A stretch of 32,000 nt of DNA from Candidatus Saccharimonadota bacterium (GTDB taxonomy: Bacteria > Bacteroidota > Bacteroidia > Flavobacteriales > Blattabacteriaceae). This document shows positions 28,135 to 32,000 of the stretch, piece by piece. The notes under the pieces were generated by a model. That model was not told where the DNA came from, did no database searches, and saw nothing but the letters and a program-made list of their open reading frames with translations. Numbering within the stretch: position 1 is the stretch's first letter; the number at the start of each line of letters is the position of its first letter. The stretch spans positions 127,429 through 159,428 of the forward strand of contig CP099822.1 in assembly GCA_029851105.1 (NCBI GenBank), in the 5' to 3' direction. The position numbers and the translations under genes were made by a program.

Positions 28135-29481
28135 TTATATATCTTCAAACATAGCTGTTTCATTTATAAATTTTAATCTTATATTACCTAATTTACCATT
28201 TCTATGTTTAGCTATTATTATTTCAGCTTCTCCAGTACATATATTTTTTTTATCATTATCCCAATATTTAAATCCATAATATTCAGGTCTATATAAGAAT
28301 AAAACTATATCAGCATCTTGTTCTATAGAACCTGATTCTCTTAAATCTGATAATAAAGGTTTTTTATAACCACCTCTTAATTCCACTGCTCTAGATAATT
28401 GAGAAATAGCTATAATAGTAATTTTAAATTCTTTAGCTATATATTTCATATTTCTAGATATTGCTGCTATTTCTTGTTCTCTATTACTAATTCTAATATT
28501 AGATTTTTTAACATTTATTAATTGTAAATAATCTACGATTATAATTTTAACATTATGTTCATATATTAATTTTTTACATTTTTGTTTAAATTCTAAAATA
28601 GATAAAGAAGAAGAATCATCTAATAAAAATGGATATTTTTTTATTTTTTTAATTTTTTTTTTAAATATTTTAAATTCTTTTTTTTTAAAATCAAACATTT
28701 TTAATTTATCATATGGAATTTTAACAAAAAAAGATATTAATCTAGTCATAATTTGGAAATATGACATTTCTAATGAAAAAAAACCTACTGGAATTTTTTT
28801 TTTTAAAATATTAAAAGCTAATGATAAAGAAAAAGAAGTTTTTCCCATACCTGGTCTAGAAGCTATTATTATTAAATCAGATTTTTGTAATCCTAAAATA
28901 ATATTATCTAATAATTTAAATCCTGTAGGTATATATAATAATTTTTTATTTAAAAAATTTTTTTCTAACTTTTTTAAAGTTTTTGATATTAATTTTTTTA
29001 TATTTTTAATGCTAGTAGTTTTTACATATTTTTTAGTTAAATTTAAAATTTTTAATTGTATATAATCTAAAATATCTAAAACATTAGCATTATTTTTATA
29101 TGAATTTTTAATGATTTTTAATGATATTCTTATAAGTTCTCTTAAAATATATTTTTTAATTAAAATATTAATATATTTTTTTAAATTAAAAATTGAAGAT
29201 ATTTTTTGAATCAAATATGATAAATAATATTCTCCACCTATTTCTTCTAATTTTTCATCTCTTTTTAAAAAATTAATTAAAGTAAATAAATCTACTTTTT
29301 TACATTCATTATATATTTTATAAATATATTTATATATAATAATATTACTTTTTTTAAAAAAAATTTTTTCATCTAATAAATTAATAATTTTTTCTAAATT
29401 TTTTTTATTTACTATTATAGAACCTAAAACTATTTCTTCTAATTCAATAGCATTAGGAATTTTTTTTTTAAAATTAATTAT
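28135..29481 (-). CDS. dnaB: Replicative DNA helicase DnaB; full length only if it initiates at a non-canonical ATA (29481) or ATT (29478)
   Basis: The ORF track starts at TTG 29214. The same frame, checked codon by codon, is open up to 29493 and encodes the DnaB N-terminal domain: IPNAIELEEIVLGSIIVNKKNLEKI...DLFTLINFLKRDEKLEEIGGEYYLSYL. The C-terminal part has Walker A SRPGMGKTSFSL, IIVDYLQLI, AISQLSRAVE and LRESGSIEQDADIV. Confidence 0.85.
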   Translation of the reverse strand: MINFKKKIPNAIELEEIVLGSIIVNKKNLEKIINLLDEKIFFKKSNIIIYKYIYKIYNECKKVDLFTLINFLKRDEKLEEIGGEYYLSYLIQKISSIFNLKKYINILIKKYILRELIRISLKIIKNSYKNNANVLDILDYIQLKILNLTKKYVKTTSIKNIKKLISKTLKKLEKNFLNKKLLYIPTGFKLLDNIILGLQKSDLIIIASRPGMGKTSFSLSLAFNILKKKIPVGFFSLEMSYFQIMTRLISFFVKIPYDKLKMFDFKKKEFKIFKKKIKKIKKYPFLLDDSSSLSILEFKQKCKKLIYEHNVKIIIVDYLQLINVKKSNIRISNREQEIAAISRNMKYIAKEFKITIIAISQLSRAVELRGGYKKPLLSDLRESGSIEQDADIVLFLYRPEYYGFKYWDNDKKNICTGEAEIIIAKHRNGKLGNIRLKFINETAMFEDI

Positions 29482-29524
29482 TTTTTTTAAAGTTTAAATT
29501 AATTATATATAATATAATTAAAAA

Positions 29525-31723
29525 TTATATTTTTTTTAATTTAGCATTTAATTTTTTTTTAAAAATTTTAATTATTTTTTTTAAAATATTATTAATTTTT
29601 TTTTTTTTAAATTTATATTTATTATTAAAAATAAAACGTAAAGAATACGATTTTTTATTTTTAGGTATATTTTTAGTATATATATCAAATAAATATAATT
29701 TTTTTAATTTTTTTTTTAATTTTTTTTTAGCTATTTTATAAAATTCATTAAAATAAATATTTTTTTTAACTATAAATGTTAAATCTTTAATAATTAATTG
29801 ATATTTATTATATTTTTTATATTTTATTTTTTTTTTATTTAAAATTTTAAAAATATTTTTTATATTTAAAATTGCTATATATATATAATAATTAAAATTA
29901 AATTTTTCATTTAAAATTTTTTTTTTAAAAATTCCTAAAGTTAATATTATATTATTTTTATATTTAAAAATTATTTTTACTTTAAATAATTTATCTTTAT
30001 ATAAAATTTTTTTTTTATTAATTTTAATATTTAATTTTTTTAAAATTAAAAATAATATTTTATATAAAAAAAATAAATTTTTTTTTATTTTTTTATCATT
30101 TTTAAAAAAAACTATTTCTATATTTTTTTTTTCTTTTATTTTTTTTTTATTAAAATAATAAATATTACCTTCTTCAAAAATTTTTATATTATTATTATTT
30201 CTATTTTTATTATAAATAATATTATTTATCATTTTTAAAAATAAATAATTTCTTAAAAAAATAAATTCATTATTATTTTTTATAATTATATTTTTTTTTT
30301 TAATATAAAAGAATTTATCCTTTAGAAAAGGACTATTTATAACTTCATAAAATCCATTATTAATTAAATAATCTATTATTAGATTTTTAATTTTTTCTAT
30401 TATAATAAATTTATTATTTAATATATTATTATCTTTAAATAATAAATTATTATTAATATTATTAATATTATTAATATTTAAAAATCTTATTATATCATTT
30501 ATTATTTTTAATTTATTATTAATAAATTTTTTTTTAACTATTAAAAATAATTTATTAATTTTAATTATTTTATAATTTAAACAAATTAATATTTTTAATA
30601 TTTTATTTTTATTTATTTTTAATCCTATTATTTTAAATATATAATTATATTTAATTTTTAAATTTTTTATAATATATTTTTTTTTGTAAAAAAATAATTC
30701 ATATAATTTTAATTTCTTATTAAAATAATTTAATAATCTTTTAATATAAATTTTTTTATTATAAATATAAATTATATTATTATAATTAATAGATAATTTA
30801 CTATTTAAATTATATTTTTTAGATGTTATTCTTATTTTTTTTTTTTTATAAAAAGTAAAAGAAAATAATATATTTTTAGTATTATTACTAATAATAGTTT
30901 CTTTACTATTTATAATACCAGATAAAAATATAGGTTTTTTATTATTAAATAATACAATGTCTTTATTTTTTTTTTTTAAATATATATTATTACCTTTATA
31001 AGGATAAAATATAATATTTTTTTTATTTTCAATTAATAATAAATTATTATTTATAATATTATCATAATTTAATATTTCTATATTTAATCCAAATTCTTTT
31101 ATAAATAGATTAATTATATTAATAATAATATTTTTATTAATTTTTAAATCTGATAATATTATTCTTTTTTGAATTAAAAAATTAGTTTTTTTTATATTAA
31201 AATTTTTAATTAAAAAAGTATTAAAAAATAAAACGTTTTTACTTTTAATATTAATTTTAATTTTTTTTTTTTTAATTTTTATTTTTTTATTTTTTATTTT
31301 TTTATATAATTTAATATTTTTATATTTTAAATAAGAATATATTTCATTAGTTAAATTAAAATAATTAGATAAATAACTTAAATTATGAGTAAATGCTATA
31401 TCTATTATATAATCATATTCATAATCTATACAAACTATTTTTTTTTTTTCTATTAAAATTTTTGTATTTTTTTTAATAAATATTTTATTTTTAATAAAAA
31501 AATATTTTTTTTTTTTTTTTATTTTAAAATAAAAATTTTTTTTTTTTTTTTTAATAAAAATTATTTTACATAAAAAAATATTTTTTTTATATTTATATTT
31601 AATAGGATAAACTTTTTTAAAAGATAAAATTTCTAAGCCTATATTATATAATATTTTTATAATTTTTTTTTTTTTAAAATTAAAATTTATAAAATCATTT
31701 ATCCAACTTAATAAAAATTTCAT
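29525..31723 (-). CDS. pheT: Phenylalanyl-tRNA synthetase beta subunit
   Basis: 732-aa ORF. The N-terminus MKFLLSWINDFINFN resembles the PheT start (cf. MKxSxxWLxExx). The length is right, and the body is heavily eroded. It contains sense-strand A16 and A17 tracts (plus-strand T runs 31505-31520 and 31536-31552). Confidence 0.72.
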   Translation of the reverse strand: MKFLLSWINDFINFNFKKKKIIKILYNIGLEILSFKKVYPIKYKYKKNIFLCKIIFIKKKKKNFYFKIKKKKKYFFIKNKIFIKKNTKILIEKKKIVCIDYEYDYIIDIAFTHNLSYLSNYFNLTNEIYSYLKYKNIKLYKKIKNKKIKIKKKKIKINIKSKNVLFFNTFLIKNFNIKKTNFLIQKRIILSDLKINKNIIINIINLFIKEFGLNIEILNYDNIINNNLLLIENKKNIIFYPYKGNNIYLKKKNKDIVLFNNKKPIFLSGIINSKETIISNNTKNILFSFTFYKKKKIRITSKKYNLNSKLSINYNNIIYIYNKKIYIKRLLNYFNKKLKLYELFFYKKKYIIKNLKIKYNYIFKIIGLKINKNKILKILICLNYKIIKINKLFLIVKKKFINNKLKIINDIIRFLNINNINNINNNLLFKDNNILNNKFIIIEKIKNLIIDYLINNGFYEVINSPFLKDKFFYIKKKNIIIKNNNEFIFLRNYLFLKMINNIIYNKNRNNNNIKIFEEGNIYYFNKKKIKEKKNIEIVFFKNDKKIKKNLFFLYKILFLILKKLNIKINKKKILYKDKLFKVKIIFKYKNNIILTLGIFKKKILNEKFNFNYYIYIAILNIKNIFKILNKKKIKYKKYNKYQLIIKDLTFIVKKNIYFNEFYKIAKKKLKKKLKKLYLFDIYTKNIPKNKKSYSLRFIFNNKYKFKKKKINNILKKIIKIFKKKLNAKLKKI

Positions 31724-31811
31724 TTTTATTTATATATTATATATATTTATTTATATATAAATATTAATTTATATTTATATTTATTATTATATTAATAATA
31801 ATTTTTTTATT

Positions 31812-31885
31812 GGTTTGGTAGTTCAAGTGGTTAGAATACGTGCCTGTCACGCACGAGGTTACGGGTTCAAATCCCGTCCAAACCG
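31812..31885 (+). tRNA. tRNA-Asp (anticodon GUC), 74 nt, no encoded CCA
   Basis: Acceptor GGTTTGG/CCAAACC, anticodon stem CGTGC/GCACG with loop CTGTCAC, T arm ACGGG-TTCAAAT-CCCGT, discriminator G. Confidence 0.93.
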
Positions 31886-31903
31886 TTTAATTTTTTTTAA
31901 AAA

Positions 31904-32000
31904 ATGAAAAATGTAAAAGAAAAATTAATTTTAATATATAGTATACATATATTAGAAAATAAATTAAAAAAAATAAATAATAAATTAAATTTAATAATAC
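31904..32000 (+). CDS. 5' end of an unidentified ORF that runs off the right window edge
   Basis: ATG at 31904 followed by open frame MKNVKEKLILIYSIHILENKLKKINNKLNLII. It is too short and low in complexity to assign a product. Confidence 0.3.
   Translation, partial: MKNVKEKLILIYSIHILENKLKKINNKLNLII

Noticed and set aside
30449-30478. Tandem 9-bp repeat ATTATTAAT (about 3.3 copies) considered as a CRISPR-like or regulatory array; also the ATTAAT-type repeats at 28117-28134
   Set aside because: There are no spacers, and the units are directly adjacent. The pheT repeat is in frame and encodes (NIN)n. The second is an 18-nt spacer between the convergent korA and dnaB genes. Both are ordinary low-complexity AT microsatellites.

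Overview
This window is extremely AT-rich (by eye well under 20% G+C) and is packed with core housekeeping genes. There is no accessory, mobile or defence content. Gene content and order point to a tiny-genome Bacteroidota (Flavobacteriales-type) insect endosymbiont. The pointers are the rplM-rpsI-rpsB-tsf cluster, single-chain glyQS, korA/korB, rnz, a PD-(D/E)XK AddB-like nuclease and the lack of Shine-Dalgarno motifs. Retention of aroK recalls shikimate-provisioning symbionts; that link is inference only. I support 24 intact or nearly intact CDS: fmt, aroK, tilS, thrS, infC, rpmI, rplT, rnz, dnaE, korB, trpS, rpmA, rplU, glyQS, tsf, rpsB, rpsI, rplM, dnaK, a 5'-3' exonuclease, tgt, korA, dnaB and pheT. 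I also support one unassigned partial ORF at the right edge, 6 tRNAs (Lys-UUU, Gly-GCC, Leu-UAA, Phe-GAA, Arg-ACG, Asp-GUC) and one clear hairpin terminator. Two genes are interrupted: mutS, and an AddB-like nuclease of about 870 codons. I found no new gene system. The most interesting signal is homopolymer and microsatellite biology. Sense-strand A tracts reach 20 nt inside essential genes. Reading-frame breaks and missing canonical start codons sit exactly at A/T tracts or (AT)n repeats in mutS, the nuclease gene and the dnaE start. This could mean slippage-dependent expression, or it could mean ongoing gene decay. Other points are non-ATG starts (infC, dnaB), a ThrRS without its editing domain, an exonuclease-DnaE fusion, and a mutS stop codon buried inside tRNA-Gly.
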